64,000 nucleotides of DNA, taken from Flectonema sp. DT1601 (lineage: Eukaryota). The stretch is from contig OZ025784.1 in assembly GCA_964019425.1 (NCBI GenBank), positions 930,001-994,000 of the forward strand. Reading direction: 5' to 3'. Shown piece by piece: positions 11,701 to 23,500 of this stretch. The position numbers and the translations under genes are program-made. The notes under the pieces are model-generated. The model saw only the letters and a list, made by a program, of their open reading frames with translations, searched no databases and was not told the origin of the DNA. Within the stretch, counting starts at the first letter, position 1, and each line of letters starts with the position of its first letter.

Positions 11701-13135
11701 GATTAATTTTACAGTTGTAGCGGAATTGAGTGATCTTGTTAACCAGATTGATACGTTGGTAGCTGCTGCTGCTACAGCTGTTGGTGGTACTGCTCGTTGT
11801 AGTATGTTGTGTCAAGGTACTAACTGTGTTAATTGTGATGGCACTGCTGTTAATCAAAGATCTGTTTCTACATTAGCCAGAGAAAATTGGAGAGTTGTTT
11901 TTGTCATTCTTAGCGATGCAAATGGAGAAACTCCGCAAGCAACTGTTGACAATGCTTTGAAGGATCTCTTGTCAAGTAATGCGGTCATTGCTTACGTTGA
12001 GGGAAGTGCTGTTGTTGTTGTAGCTGCTGCGAATAATAACAACCGTGCACAGAGATGTTTGCCATCTTCATTCATAAGAGAAGGAACAACAACTTTTGAT
12101 TGCATGATTGAATTATCTGGAACTGTATCTATGCATTGGACTACGGAGTCTAATGGAGCTAATACTCACATTGCCGTAACTGCTTCAGCTGTGTCTGGAT
12201 GGTTGTCAATCGGTTTCCCTGAAGTTGCGGCGTCAATGAGTCCCGCGACAGCCATTACGGGAAGTTCATCAGTTGCCAATGTGTATTCGATTACTGGAAG
12301 AAGTGCTGCTGGAATATCTCAAATCACGTCTGGTAGTTTCAATGGAATTTCAACAGAAGTTGTAAGCAGTCAGCGTATTCTCAGATTCTCAATGCTTAAA
12401 TCATTCTTGAGGAGCAGTATGCCTGTAAACTTTGCTTATCACGTTAGTAGTACAGCATTCCCAGATAGTAATGCTCAGCATACAACTAGGGGATCGGGTA
12501 TTGTGGATCTTCTTACTGGAACATCACAGGTTGTCGTCGTTAACAGTGACTTTGACGATGCTCACACTCACGGAAGGATCATGGTGGCAATATGGGCGTA
12601 CTGGGTTCCTTTGGCAGTTATTATCAAGGTTCTTGGAGCTTTTGTGTGTAAGGGAGAAGTGTTTGGGTATCCAATACCAGTATTCATTCACATGGTCATG
12701 ATGATTATTGCAATGTGTTTAACTACTGTTTTCGCTTCTATTGCCTTGTCAGACTTTGACAACAGAGTGGACTATGGACATAGAGAACTTGGTGTTACTT
12801 TGTTAGCGATTGGTTGGATTCAAATTTTGAGTGGTATCATAAGGCCAAGCAAGGAATCTGGATACAGAAAGTACTGGGGATGGGGACACGTTCTGTTTGG
12901 TATTTCAGTTGTGGTAATTTCAATCGCTCAAATGGCGACTGGAGTTGAAAATATTAATCGCCTATTCACAAATGACTCGGAGGGGGTTAAGATTGCGATG
13001 ATCGTTGGAGTGGTCACCATGGGTGTTATTTATATTAGCGGAAAGGTTTATGCCGTTGTTATTAAAAATGAAGACGTGATTGCGATTTCAGAAAACAACG
13101 GGGGTAAATCCAATGGTCCTGATCATGAGGCGTAA
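5717..13135 (+). CDS. Poly-DOMON cytochrome b561 protein, paralogue 2 (12 tandem + 1 divergent DOMON)
   Basis: 2472 aa uninterrupted ORF: signal peptide, 12 x 160-aa units, Pro/Thr stalk, SEA-like domain, divergent DOMON (GWLSIGFP..SM..QHTTRG), four-His b561. Confidence 0.88.
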   Translation: MRLLSLFILLSNYADVIAAPVPAPVPPCTASTLVVTGSTTYDCMMTLAPTVNIHWNRETSGMAAVAATTTSVNGWFSVAFPDALGSMIPAVGVSSTSATVADVFSITARNAGGITSTTSANINTPTTGITGGLRILRFNVPFAFLTAAKPVNYALHASEMAFPMSKHTSVGSVAVNFLAPVPAPVPPCTASTLVVTGSTTYDCMMALAPTVNIHWNRETSGMAAVAATTTSVNGWFSVAFPDALGSMIPAVGVSSTSATVADVFSITARNAGGITSTTSANINTPTTEITGGLRILRFNVPFAFLTAAKPVNYALHASEMAFPMSKHTSVGSVAVNFLAPVPAPVPPCTASTLVVTGSTTYDCMMALAPTVNIHWNRETSGMAAVAATTTSVNGWFSVAFPDALGSMIPAVGVSSTSATVADVFSITARNAGGITSTTSANINTPTTEITGGLRILRFNVPFAFLTAAKPVNYALHASEMAFPMSKHTSVGSVAVNFLAPVPAPVPPCTASTLVVTGSTTYDCMMALAPTVNIHWNRETSGMAAVAATTTSVNGWFSVAFPDALGSMIPAVGVSSTSATVADVFSITARNAGGITSTTSANINTPTTEITGGLRILRFNVPFAFLTAAKPVNYALHASEMAFPMSKHTSVGSVAVNFLAPVPAPVPPCTASTLVVTGSTTYDCMMALAPTVNIHWNRETSGMAAVAATTTSVNGWFSVAFPDALGSMIPAVGVSSTSATVADVFSITARNAGGITSTTSANINTPTTEITGGLRILRFNVPFAFLTAAKPVNYALHASEMAFPMSKHTSVGSVAVNFLAPVPAPVPPCTASTLVVTGSTTYDCMMALAPTVNIHWNRETSGMAAVAATTTSVNGWFSVAFPDALGSMIPAVGVSSTSATVADVFSITARNAGGITSTTSANINTPTTEITGGLRILRFNVPFAFLTAAKPVNYALHASEMAFPMSKHTSVGSVAVNFLAPVPAPVPPCTASTLVVTGSTTYDCMMALAPTVNIHWNRETSGMAAVAATTTSVNGWFSVAFPDALGSMIPAVGVSSTSATVADVFSITARNAGGITSTTSANINTPTTEITGGLRILRFNVPFAFLTAAQPVNYALHASEMAFPMSKHTSVGSVAVNFLAPVPAPVPPCTASTLVVTGSTTYDCMMALAPTVNIHWNRETSGMAAVAATTTSVNGWFSVAFPDALGSMIPAVGVSSTSATVADVFSITARNAGGITSTTSANINTPTTEITGGLRILRFNVPFAFLTAAKPVNYALHASEMAFPMSKHTSVGSVAVNFLAPVPAPVPPCTASTLVVTGSTTYDCMMALAPTVNIHWNRETSGMAAVAATTTSVNGWFSVAFPDALGSMIPAVGVSSTSATVADVFSITARNAGGITSTTSANINTPTTEITGGLRILRFNVPFAFLTAAKPVNYALHASEMAFPMSKHTSVGSVAVNFLAPVPAPVPPCTASTLVVTGSTTYDCMMALAPTVNIHWNRETSGMAAVAATTTSVNGWFSVAFPDALGSMIPAVGVSSTSATVADVFSITARNAGGITSTTSANINTPTTEITGGLRILRFNVPFAFLTAAKPVNYALHASEMAFPMSKHTSVGSVAVNFLAPVPAPVPPCTASTLVVTGSTTYDCMMALAPTVNIHWNRETSGMAAVAATTTSVNGWFSVAFPDALGSMIPAVGVSSTSATVADVFSITARNAGGITSTTSANINTPTTEITGGLRILRFNVPFAFLTAAKPVNYALHASEMAFPMSKHTSVGSVAVNFLAPVPAPVPPCTASTLVVTGSTTYDCMMALAPTVNIHWNRETSGMAAVAATTTSVNGWFSVAFPDALGSMIPAVGVSSTSATVADVFSITARNAGGITSTTSANINTPTTEITGGLRILRFNVPFAFLTAAKPVNYALHASEMAFPMSKHTSVGSVAVNFLAPVPSMPATPPPTPPPTPLPTPPPTPPPTPPPTPPPTPPPTPPPTPPPVTSPPADDTINFTVVAELSDLVNQIDTLVAAAATAVGGTARCSMLCQGTNCVNCDGTAVNQRSVSTLARENWRVVFVILSDANGETPQATVDNALKDLLSSNAVIAYVEGSAVVVVAAANNNNRAQRCLPSSFIREGTTTFDCMIELSGTVSMHWTTESNGANTHIAVTASAVSGWLSIGFPEVAASMSPATAITGSSSVANVYSITGRSAAGISQITSGSFNGISTEVVSSQRILRFSMLKSFLRSSMPVNFAYHVSSTAFPDSNAQHTTRGSGIVDLLTGTSQVVVVNSDFDDAHTHGRIMVAIWAYWVPLAVIIKVLGAFVCKGEVFGYPIPVFIHMVMMIIAMCLTTVFASIALSDFDNRVDYGHRELGVTLLAIGWIQILSGIIRPSKESGYRKYWGWGHVLFGISVVVISIAQMATGVENINRLFTNDSEGVKIAMIVGVVTMGVIYISGKVYAVVIKNEDVIAISENNGGKSNGPDHEA
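5771..11530 (+). repeat. Coding tandem array, 12 x 480 bp
   Basis: Exact 480-bp period (antisense shadow ORFs at 5836, 6316 ... 11116), with only a handful of SNPs. Confidence 0.97.
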
Positions 13136-13497
13136 ATATTCCTTTTTACTCAAAGTAAGTCATAACTGAACTGTATTTATATTTATATTCAGCCCCTCCT
13201 GCTTTGTTCACCTGAATCCTAAAACAGATTGTTGTTTATATCTTTTGCGTTAATGAGATACAAATACAGTTGGATTTTACAAACATAAATATTCTCTCTC
13301 CCACCCTACTACGTAGCTCCCCTCCCTACGTAGCTTACTACATGACGTGCGTAGTCCCCTTGCGGGTTGTGTAAAGACCTGCAGTATTTCCCCCAGATAA
13401 ATCTTTTCGTATCGTATCAAAGTCCCCCCCTACGTAGTTTACAACTGGAGTATTCTTCCAGATAAGAAAATTATAGAAGTATATTATAATTATAGAA

Positions 13498-13650
13498 ATC
13501 ATTAATTAGTACTCAAACTTGATAACGGATTGAGTGGAACGCCTGTTGGTTCTAATCACTCGTTTATGCTCCCCGTGTGTTGAGTTTGTGTATGTTTTGT
13601 GATTACAATCGTTTTTATGTTTTGACGAGTTTTGTACTTGTCAAATAGAA
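13498..13650 (+). promoter_or_regulatory. Structured element A, copy downstream of gene 2
   Basis: Pairs actcaa/ttgagt, acgg/ccgt, gagtg/cactc and gaac/gttc, then hairpin tttgacgagt..acttgtcaaa. Confidence 0.5.
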
Positions 13651-14152
13651 ACCATCTTCCTCTCTCTTTCTCTTTGTCTCAAATAAGTATTACATTGGAT
13701 GACATTTGGGTGTGGTGTTGAAGTTTGAAAAAGCTTTTTTTACGATTGCCTTAAATTATTCAATTCGTTCCTTCGTTTCGACTCCTCTTCCTCTCTACCT
13801 TATTTGAAGCATGCGATTCTGTGTAGGCGAGGGATCCAGTTATAATGAATTCATGTCTGTATCTCTATGTTGTTGTGTGTTAACCTTGATATACTTATCC
13901 AAGTCCCCTCCTTGAACGTTCTTAAATCATTTACTATACTTCGGTATCATATTTGGTGATCTTTCTCTCTTTTTTTTGCAACTTTTTATGCAACAAAACA
14001 AAGAAGCAGATTTGCATACATTGTTTTATTTTAATTAATTTCCTTGTGGCATGCGCCTCCTCTCATGGACCCGCTATCTACTATCTTATGTTCTCTAACA
14101 CTTTCTCTTAAGACTTATTAATTAAAATAAATATTTCTTCTTTGTGAACTTT

Positions 14153-14250
14153 TAAACATTGTTAACAAACAGACTATGGGAAGGGATCTTGCTCGCGATT
14201 ATTAAGGTCGCGTACAGTTGGTTCCTTCGTAGTTGTTATCGAGATGTTTA
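14153..14250 (+). promoter_or_regulatory. Conserved intergenic stem-loop element B
   Basis: Pairs taaacat/atgttta, gaaggga/ttccttc and cgcgat/gtcgcg. Copies at 26608-26705 and, diverged, at 41807-41905. Confidence 0.5.
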
Positions 14251-14554
14251 TTTTACGTTGAATTCATTTTTTTTTATACATGTTTTCTTTCACTCTCTCT
14301 CTTCTAATTATTAGCACGTTTCTTCCTTTATGTCACTAACAGTGGCAACTGTAGTCGTCAGGCTAACAATTAGAATCTTTCTCTTTACGTGACTCGTCTG
14401 GTCTTTCTGCTCTCGATATCTACTACTCGTTGACATCTTGAGTACATATTTCTTTAGATACTCACGCACTTAGTTCAATTCGGAAATTAACTTAAATTCC
14501 TTTCCCTTAAGTAACTTTATTATAATTCACATCCTCAACAGTTATATTTAAACT

Positions 14555-17500
14555 ATGAGATTACTCAGTCTCTTTATATTGTTATCCTATTATGCGGACG
14601 TTACAGCTGCTCCTGCTCCGACTCCACCACCTACGCCGCCACCAGCAACTTCTGCTCCATCTTGCACGGCTTCAACTCTGGTTGTGACGGGAAGCACGAC
14701 TTACGACTGCATGATGACATTGGCAGGGACTGTAATCATCCATTGGAACCGTGAAACGAGCGGAATGGCTGCGGTTGCGGCGACGACGACGTCGGTCAAC
14801 GGATGGTTTTCAGTGGCGTTTCCTGATGCTTTGGGTTCGATGATCCCTGCTGTTGGTGTCTCATCGACCAGTGCGACGGCTGCGAACGTCTTCTCGATTA
14901 CCGCAAGGAATGCGGGTGGAATCACTACAACGACGTCGGCAAACATCAACACCCCGACGACTGAGATCACAGGTGGCCTGCGTATTCTGAGATTCAACGT
15001 CCCTTTTGCATTTTTGACAGCTGCCCAGCCGGTGAACTACGCTCTGCATGCGAGTGAAATGGCATTTCCAGTGAGCGTACATACCGCGCGTGGAAGCGTG
15101 GCAGTAGATTTTGTGGTCGGAACGGCTGCTCCTGCGCCGACTCCACCACCAACTCCACCACCTACACCGCCACCTGCAACCCCTGCTCCATCTTGTACAG
15201 CTTCAACTCTGGTTGTGACGGGAAGCACGACTTACGACTGCATGATGACATTGGCAGGGACTGTAATCATCCATTGGAACCGTGAAACGAGCGGAATGGC
15301 TGCGGTTGCGGCGACGACGACGTCGGTCAACGGATGGTTTTCAGTGGCGTTTCCTGATGCTTTGGGTTCGATGATCTCTGCTGTTGGTGTCTCATCGACC
15401 AGTGCGACGGCTGCGAACATCTTCTCGATTACTGCAAGGAATGCGGGTGGAATCACTACGACGACGTCGGCAAACATCAACACCCCGACGACTGAGATCA
15501 CAGGTGGCCTGCGTATTCTGAGATTCAACGTCCCTTTTGCATTTTTGACAGCTGCCCAGCCGGTGAACTACGCTCTGCATGCGAGTGAAATGGCATTTCC
15601 AGTGAGCGTTCATACCGCGCGTGGAAGCGTGGCAGTAGATTTTGTGGTCGGAACGGCTGCTCCTGCGCCGACTCCACCACCAACTCCACCACCTACACCG
15701 CCACCTGCAACTCCTGCTCCATCTTGTACAGCTTCAACTCTGGTTGTGACGGGAAGCACGACTTACGACTGCATGATGACATTGGCAGGGACTGTAATCA
15801 TCCATTGGAACCGTGAAACGAGCGGAATGGCTGCGGTTGCGGCGACGACGACGTCGGTCAACGGATGGTTTTCAGTGGCGTTTCCTGATGCTTTGGGTTC
15901 GATGATCCCTGCTGTTGGTGTCTCATCGACCAGTGCGACGGCTGCGAACATCTTCTCGATTACCGCAAGGAATGCGGGTGGAATCACTACAACGACGTCG
16001 GCAAACATCAACACCCCGACGACTGAGATCACAGGTGGCCTGCGTATTCTGAGATTCAACGTCCCTTTTGCATTTTTGACAGCTGCCCAGCCGGTGAACT
16101 ACGCTCTGCATGCGAGTGAAATGGCATTTCCAGTGAGCGTTCATACCGCGCGTGGAAGCGTGGCAGTAGATTTTGTGGTCGGAACGGCTGCTCCTGCGCC
16201 GACTCCACCACCAACTCCACCACCTACACCGCCACCTGCAACCCCTGCTCCATCTTGTACAGCTTCAACTCTGGTTGTGACGGGAAGCACGACTTACGAC
16301 TGCATGATGACATTGGCAGGGACTGTAATCATCCATTGGAACCGTGAAACGAGCGGAATGGCTGCGGTTGCGGCGACGACGACGTCGGTCAACGGATGGT
16401 TTTCAGTGGCGTTTCCTGATGCTTTGGGTTCGATGATCCCTGCTGTTGGTGTCTCATCGACCAGTGCGACGGCTGCGAACATCTTCTCGATTACTGCAAG
16501 GAATGCGGGTGGAATCACTACGACGACGTCGGCAAACATCAACACCCCGACGACTGAGATCACAGGTGGCCTGCGTATTCTGAGATTCAACGTCCCTTTT
16601 GCATTTTTGACAGCTGCCCAGCCGGTGAACTACGCTCTGCATGCGAGTGAAATGGCATTTCCAGTGAGCGTTCATACCGCGCGTGGAAGCGTGGCAGTAG
16701 ATTTTGTGGTCGGAACGGCTGCTCCTGCGCCGACTCCACCACCAACTCCACCACCTACACCGCCACCTGCAACCCCTGCTCCATCTTGTACAGCTTCAAC
16801 TCTGGTTGTGACGGGAAGCACGACTTACGACTGCATGATGACATTGGCAGGGACTGTAATCATCCATTGGAACCGTGAAACGAGCGGAATGGCTGCGGTT
16901 GCGGCGACGACGACGTCGGTCAACGGATGGTTTTCAGTGGCGTTTCCTGATGCTTTGGGTTCGATGATCCCTGCTGTTGGTGTCTCATCGACCAGTGCGA
17001 CGGCTGCGAACATCTTCTCGATTACTGCAAGGAATGCGGGTGGAATCACTACGACGACGTCGGCAAACATCAACACCCCGACGACTGAGATCACAGGTGG
17101 CCTGCGTATTCTGAGATTCAACGTCCCTTTTGCATTTTTGACAGCTGCCCAGCCGGTGAACTACGCTCTGCATGCGAGTGAAATGGCATTTCCAGTGAGC
17201 GTTCATACCGCGCGTGGAAGCGTGGCAGTAGATTTTGTGGTCGGAACGGCTGCTCCTGCGCCGACTCCACCACCAACTCCACCACCTACACCGCCACCTG
17301 CAACCCCTGCTCCATCTTGTACAGCTTCAACTCTGGTTGTGACGGGAAGCACGACTTACGACTGCATGATGACATTGGCAGGGACTGTAATCATCCATTG
17401 GAACCGTGAAACGAGCGGAATGGCTGCGGTTGCGGCGACGACGACGTCGGTCAACGGATGGTTTTCAGTGGCGTTTCCTGATGCTTTGGGTTCGATGATC

Positions 17501-20500
17501 CCTGCTGTTGGTGTCTCATCGACCAGTGCGACGGCTGCGAATATCTTCTCGATTACCGCAAGGAATGCGGGTGGAATCACTACGACGACGTCGGCAAACA
17601 TCAACACCCCGACGACTGAGATCACAGGTGGCCTGCGTATTCTGAGATTCAACGTCCCTTTTGCATTTTTGACAGCTGCCCAGCCGGTGAACTACGCTCT
17701 GCATGCGAGTGAAATGGCATTTCCAGTGAGCGTTCATACCGCGCGTGGAAGCGTGGCAGTAGATTTTGTGGTCGGAACGGCTGCTCCTGCGCCGACTCCA
17801 CCACCAACTCCACCACCTACTCTGCCACCTGCAACCCCTGCTCCATCTTGCACGGCTTCAACTCTGGTTGTGACGGGAAGCACGACTTACGACTGCATGA
17901 TGACATTGGCAGGGACTGTAATCATCCATTGGAACCGTGAAACGAGCGGAATGGCTGCGGTTGCGGCGACGACGACGTCGGTCAACGGATGGTTTTCAGT
18001 GGCGTTTCCTGATGCTTTGGGTTCGATGATCCCTGCTGTTGGTGTCTCATCGACCAGTGCGACGGCTGCGAACATCTTCTCGATTACCGCAAGGAATGCG
18101 GGTGGAATCACTACGACGACGTCGGCAAACATCAACACCCCGACGACTGAGATCACAGGTGGCCTGCGTATTCTGAGATTCAACGTCCCTTTTGCATTTT
18201 TGACAGCTGCCCAGCCGGTGAACTACGCTCTGCATGCGAGTGAAATGGCATTTCCAGTGAGCGTACATACCGCGCGTGGAAGCGTGGCAGTAGATTTTGT
18301 GGTCGGAACGGCTGCTCCTGCGCCGACTCCACCACCAACTCCACCACCTACACCGCCACCTGCAACTCCTGCTCCATCTTGTACAGCTTCAACTCTGGTT
18401 GTGACGGGAAGCACGACTTACGACTGCATGATGACATTGGCAGGGACTGTAATCATCCATTGGAACCGTGAAACGAGCGGAATGGCTGCGGTTGCGGCGA
18501 CGACGACGTCGGTCAACGGATGGTTTTCAGTGGCGTTTCCTGATGCTTTGGGTTCGATGATCCCTGCTGTTGGTGTCTCATCGACCAGTGCGACGGCTGC
18601 GAACATCTTCTCGATTACTGCAAGGAATGCGGGTGGAATCACTACGACGACGTCGGCAAACATCAACACCCCGACGACTGAGATCACAGGTGGCCTGCGT
18701 ATTCTGAGATTCAACGTCCCTTTTGCATTTTTGACAGCTGCCCAGCCGGTGAACTACGCTCTGCATGCGAGTGAAATGGCATTTCCAGTGAGCGTTCATA
18801 CCGCGCGTGGAAGCGTGGCAGTAGATTTTGTGGTCGGGACGGCTGCTCCTGCGCCGACTCCACCACCAACTCCACCACCTACACCGCCACCTGCAACCCC
18901 TGCTCCATCTTGCACGGCTTCAACTCTGGTTGTGACGGGAAGCACGACTTACGACTGCATGATGACATTGGCAGGGACTGTAATCATCCATTGGAACCGT
19001 GAAACGAGCGGAATGGCTGCGGTTGCGGCGACGACGACGTCGGTCAACGGATGGTTTTCAGTGGCGTTTCCTGATGCTTTGGGTTCGATGATCCCTGCTG
19101 TTGGTGTCTCATCGACCAGTGCGACGGCTGCGAACATCTTCTCGATTACCGCAAGGAATGCGGGTGGAATCACTACGACGACGTCGGCAAACATCAACAC
19201 CCCGACGACTGAGATCACAGGTGGCCTGCGTATTCTGAGATTCAACGTCCCTTTTGCATTTTTGACAGCTGCCCAGCCGGTGAACTACGCTCTGCATGCG
19301 AGTGAAATGGCATTTCCAGTGAGCGTTCATACCGCGCGTGGAAGCGTGGCAGTAGATTTTGTGGTCGGAACGGCTGCTCCTGCGCCGACTCCACCACCAA
19401 CTCCACCACCTACACCGCCACCTGCAACTCCTGCTCCATCTTGTACAGCTTCAACTCTGGTTGTGACGGGAAGCACGACTTACGACTGCATGATGACATT
19501 GGCAGGGACTGTAATCATCCATTGGAACCGTGAAACGAGCGGAATGGCTGCGGTTGCGGCGACGACGACGTCGGTCAACGGATGGTTTTCAGTGGCGTTT
19601 CCTGATGCTTTGGGTTCGATGATCCCTGCTGTTGGTGTCTCATCGACCAGTGCGACGGCTGCGAACATCTTCTCGATTACTGCAAGGAATGCGGGTGGAA
19701 TCACTACGACGACGTCGGCAAACATCAACACCCCGACGACTGAGATCACAGGTGGCCTGCGTATTCTGAGATTCAACGTCCCTTTTGCATTTTTGACAGC
19801 TGCCCAGCCGGTGAACTACGCTCTGCATGCGAGTGAAATGGCATTTCCAGTGAGCGTTCATACCGCGCGTGGAAGCGTGGCAGTAGATTTTGTGGTCGGA
19901 ACGGCTGCTCCTGCGCCGACTCCACCACCAACTCCACCACCTACACCGCCACCTGCAACTCCTGCTCCATCTTGTACAGCTTCAACTCTGGTTGTGACGG
20001 GAAGCACGACTTACGACTGCATGATGACATTGGCAGGGACTGTAATCATCCATTGGAACCGTGAAACGAGCGGAATGGCTGCGGTTGCGGCGACGACGAC
20101 GTCGGTCAACGGATGGTTTTCAGTGGCGTTTCCTGATGCTTTGGGTTCGATGATCCCTGCTGTTGGTGTCTCATCGACCAGTGCGACGGCTGCGAACATC
20201 TTCTCGATTACTGCAAGGAATGCGGGTGGAATCACTACGACGACGTCGGCAAACATCAACACCCCGACGACTGAGATCACAGGTGGCCTGCGTATTCTGA
20301 GATTCAACGTCCCTTTTGCATTTTTGACAGCTGCCCAGCCGGTGAACTACGCTCTGCATGCGAGTGAAATGGCATTTCCAGTGAGCGTTCATACCGCGCG
20401 TGGAAGCGTGGCAGTAGATTTTGTGGTCGGAACGGCTGCTCCTGCGCCGACTCCACCACCAACTCCACCACCTACACCGCCACCTGCAACTCCTGCTCCA

Positions 20501-23500
20501 TCTTGTACAGCTTCAACTCTGGTTGTGACGGGAAGCACGACTTACGACTGCATGATGACATTGGCAGGGACTGTAATCATCCATTGGAACCGTGAAACGA
20601 GCGGAATGGCTGCGGTTGCGGCGACGACGACGTCGGTCAACGGATGGTTTTCAGTGGCGTTTCCTGATGCTTTGGGTTCGATGATCCCTGCTGTTGGTGT
20701 CTCATCGACCAGTGCGACGGCTGCGAACATCTTCTCGATTACCGCAAGGAATGCGGGTGGAATCACTACGACGACGTCGGCAAACATCAACACCCCGACG
20801 ACTGAGATCACAGGTGGCCTGCGTATTCTGAGATTCAACGTCCCTTTTGCATTTTTGACAGCTGCCCAGCCGGTGAACTACGCTCTGCATGCGAGTGAAA
20901 TGGCATTTCCAGTGAGCGTTCATACCGCGCGTGGAAGCGTGGCAGTAGATTTTGTGGTCGGAACGGCTGCTCCTGCGCCGACTCCACCACCAACTCCACC
21001 ACCTACTCTGCCACCTGCAACCCCTGCTCCATCTTGCACGGCTTCAACTCTGGTTGTGACGGGAAGCACGACTTACGACTGCATGATGACATTGGCAGGG
21101 ACTGTAATCATCCATTGGAACCGTGAAACGAGCGGAATGGCTGCGGTTGCGGCGACGACGACGTCGGTCAACGGATGGTTTTCAGTGGCGTTTCCTGATG
21201 CTTTGGGTTCGATGATCCCTGCTGTTGGTGTCTCATCGACCAGTGCGACGGCTGCGAACATCTTCTCGATTACCGCAAGGAATGCGGGTGGAATCACTAC
21301 GACGACGTCGGCAAACATCAACACCCCGACGACTGAGATCACAGGTGGCCTGCGTATTCTGAGATTCAACGTCCCTTTTGCATTTTTGACAGCTGCCCAG
21401 CCGGTGAACTACGCTCTGCATGCGAGTGAAATGGCATTTCCAGTGAGCGTACATACCGCGCGTGGAAGCGTGGCAGTAGATTTTGTGGTCGGAACGGCTG
21501 CTCCTGCGCCGACTCCACCACCAACTCCACCACCTACACCGCCACCTGCAACTCCTGCTCCATCTTGCACGGCTTCAACTCTGGTTGTGACGGGAAGCAC
21601 GACTTACGACTGCATGATGACATTGGCAGGGACTGTAATCATCCATTGGAACCGTGAAACGAGCGGAATGGCTGCGGTTGCGGCGACGACGACGTCGGTC
21701 AACGGATGGTTTTCAGTGGCGTTTCCTGATGCTTTGGGTTCGATGATCCCTGCTGTTGGTGTCTCATCGACCAGTGCGACGGCTGCGAACATCTTCTCGA
21801 TTACTGCAAGGAATGCGGGTGGAATCACTACGACGACGTCGGCAAACATCAACACCCCGACGACTGAGATCACAGGTGGCCTGCGTATTCTGAGATTCAA
21901 CGTCCCTTTTGCATTTTTGACAGCTGCCCAGCCGGTGAACTACGCTCTGCATGGGAGTGAAATGGCATTTCCAGTGAGCGTTCATACCGCGCGTGGAAGC
22001 GTGGCAGTAGATTTTGTGGTCGGAACGGCTGCTCCTGCGCCGACTCCACCACCAACTCCACCACCAACTCCACCACCTACACCGCCACCTGCAACCCCTG
22101 CTCCATCTTGCACGGCTTCAACTCTGGTTGTGACGGGAAGCACGACTTACGACTGCATGATGACATTGGCAGGGACTGTAATCATCCATTGGAACCGTGA
22201 AACGAGCGGAATGGCTGCGGTTGCGGCGACGACGACGTCGGTCAACGGATGGTTTTCAGTGGCGTTTCCTGATGCTTTGGGTTCGATGATCCCTGCTGTT
22301 GGTGTCTCATCGACCAGTGCGACGGCTGCGAACATCTTCTCGATTACCGCAAGGAATGCGGGTGGAATCACTACAACGACGTCGGCAAACATCAACACCC
22401 CGACGACTGAGATCACAGGTGGCCTGCGTATTCTGAGATTCAACGTCCCTTTTGCATTTTTGACAGCTGCCCAGCCGGTGAACTACGCTCTGCATGCGAG
22501 TGAAATGGCATTTCCAGTGAGCGTACATACCGCGCGTGGAAGCGTGGCAGTAGATTTTGTGGTCGGAACGGCTGCTCCTGCGCCGACTCCACCACCAACT
22601 CCACCACCTACACCGCCACCTGCAACCCCTGCTCCATCTTGCACGGCTTCAACTCTGGTTGTGACGGGAAGCACGACTTACGACTGCATGATGACATTGG
22701 CAGGGACTGTAATCATCCATTGGAACCGTGAAACGAGCGGAATGGCTGCGGTTGCGGCGACGACGACGTCGGTCAACGGATGGTTTTCAGTGGCGTTTCC
22801 TGATGCTTTGGGTTCGATGATCCCTGCTGTTGGTGTCTCATCGACCAGTGCGACGGCTGCGAACGTCTTCTCGATTACCGCAAGGAATGTGGGTGGAATC
22901 ACTACAACGATGTCGGCAAACATCAACACCCCGACGACTGAGATCACAGGTGGCCTGCGTATTCTGAGATTCAACGTCCCTTTTGCATTTTTGACAGCTG
23001 CCCAGCCGGTGAACTACGCTCTGCATGCGAGTGAAATGGCATTTCCAGTGAGCGTTCATACCGCGCGTGGAAGCGTGGCAGTAGATTTTGTGGGTGGGAC
23101 TGCTGCTCCTGCGCCAACACCACCACCAACTCCACCGCCTACTCCACCGCCAACACCACCACCAACTCCGCCGCCTACTCCACCACCAACACCACCACCG
23201 ACTCCGCCGCCAACTCCGCCGCCTACTCCACCGCCAACACCGCCACCAACTCCACCACCTACTCCGCCTCCTGTTACGAGCCCTCCAGCTGATGACAAGA
23301 TTAATTTTACAGTTGTAGCGGAATTGAGTGATCTTGTTAACCAGATTGATACGTTGGTAGCTGCTGCTGCTACAGCTGTTGGTGGTACTGCTCGTTGTAG
23401 TATGTTGTGTCAAGGTACTAACTGTGTTAATTGTGATGGCACTGCTGTTAATCAAAGATCTGTTTCTACATTAGCCAGAGAAAATTGGAGAGTTGTTTTT

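Noticed and set aside
11795..11845. CVNC as a c-type heme attachment site
   Set aside because: It is followed by Asp, not His, so there is no CxxCH; disulfides are more likely.
13300..13440. Three ctacgtag palindromes after gene 2
   Set aside because: Not conserved downstream of the other paralogues; likely local micro-duplication.
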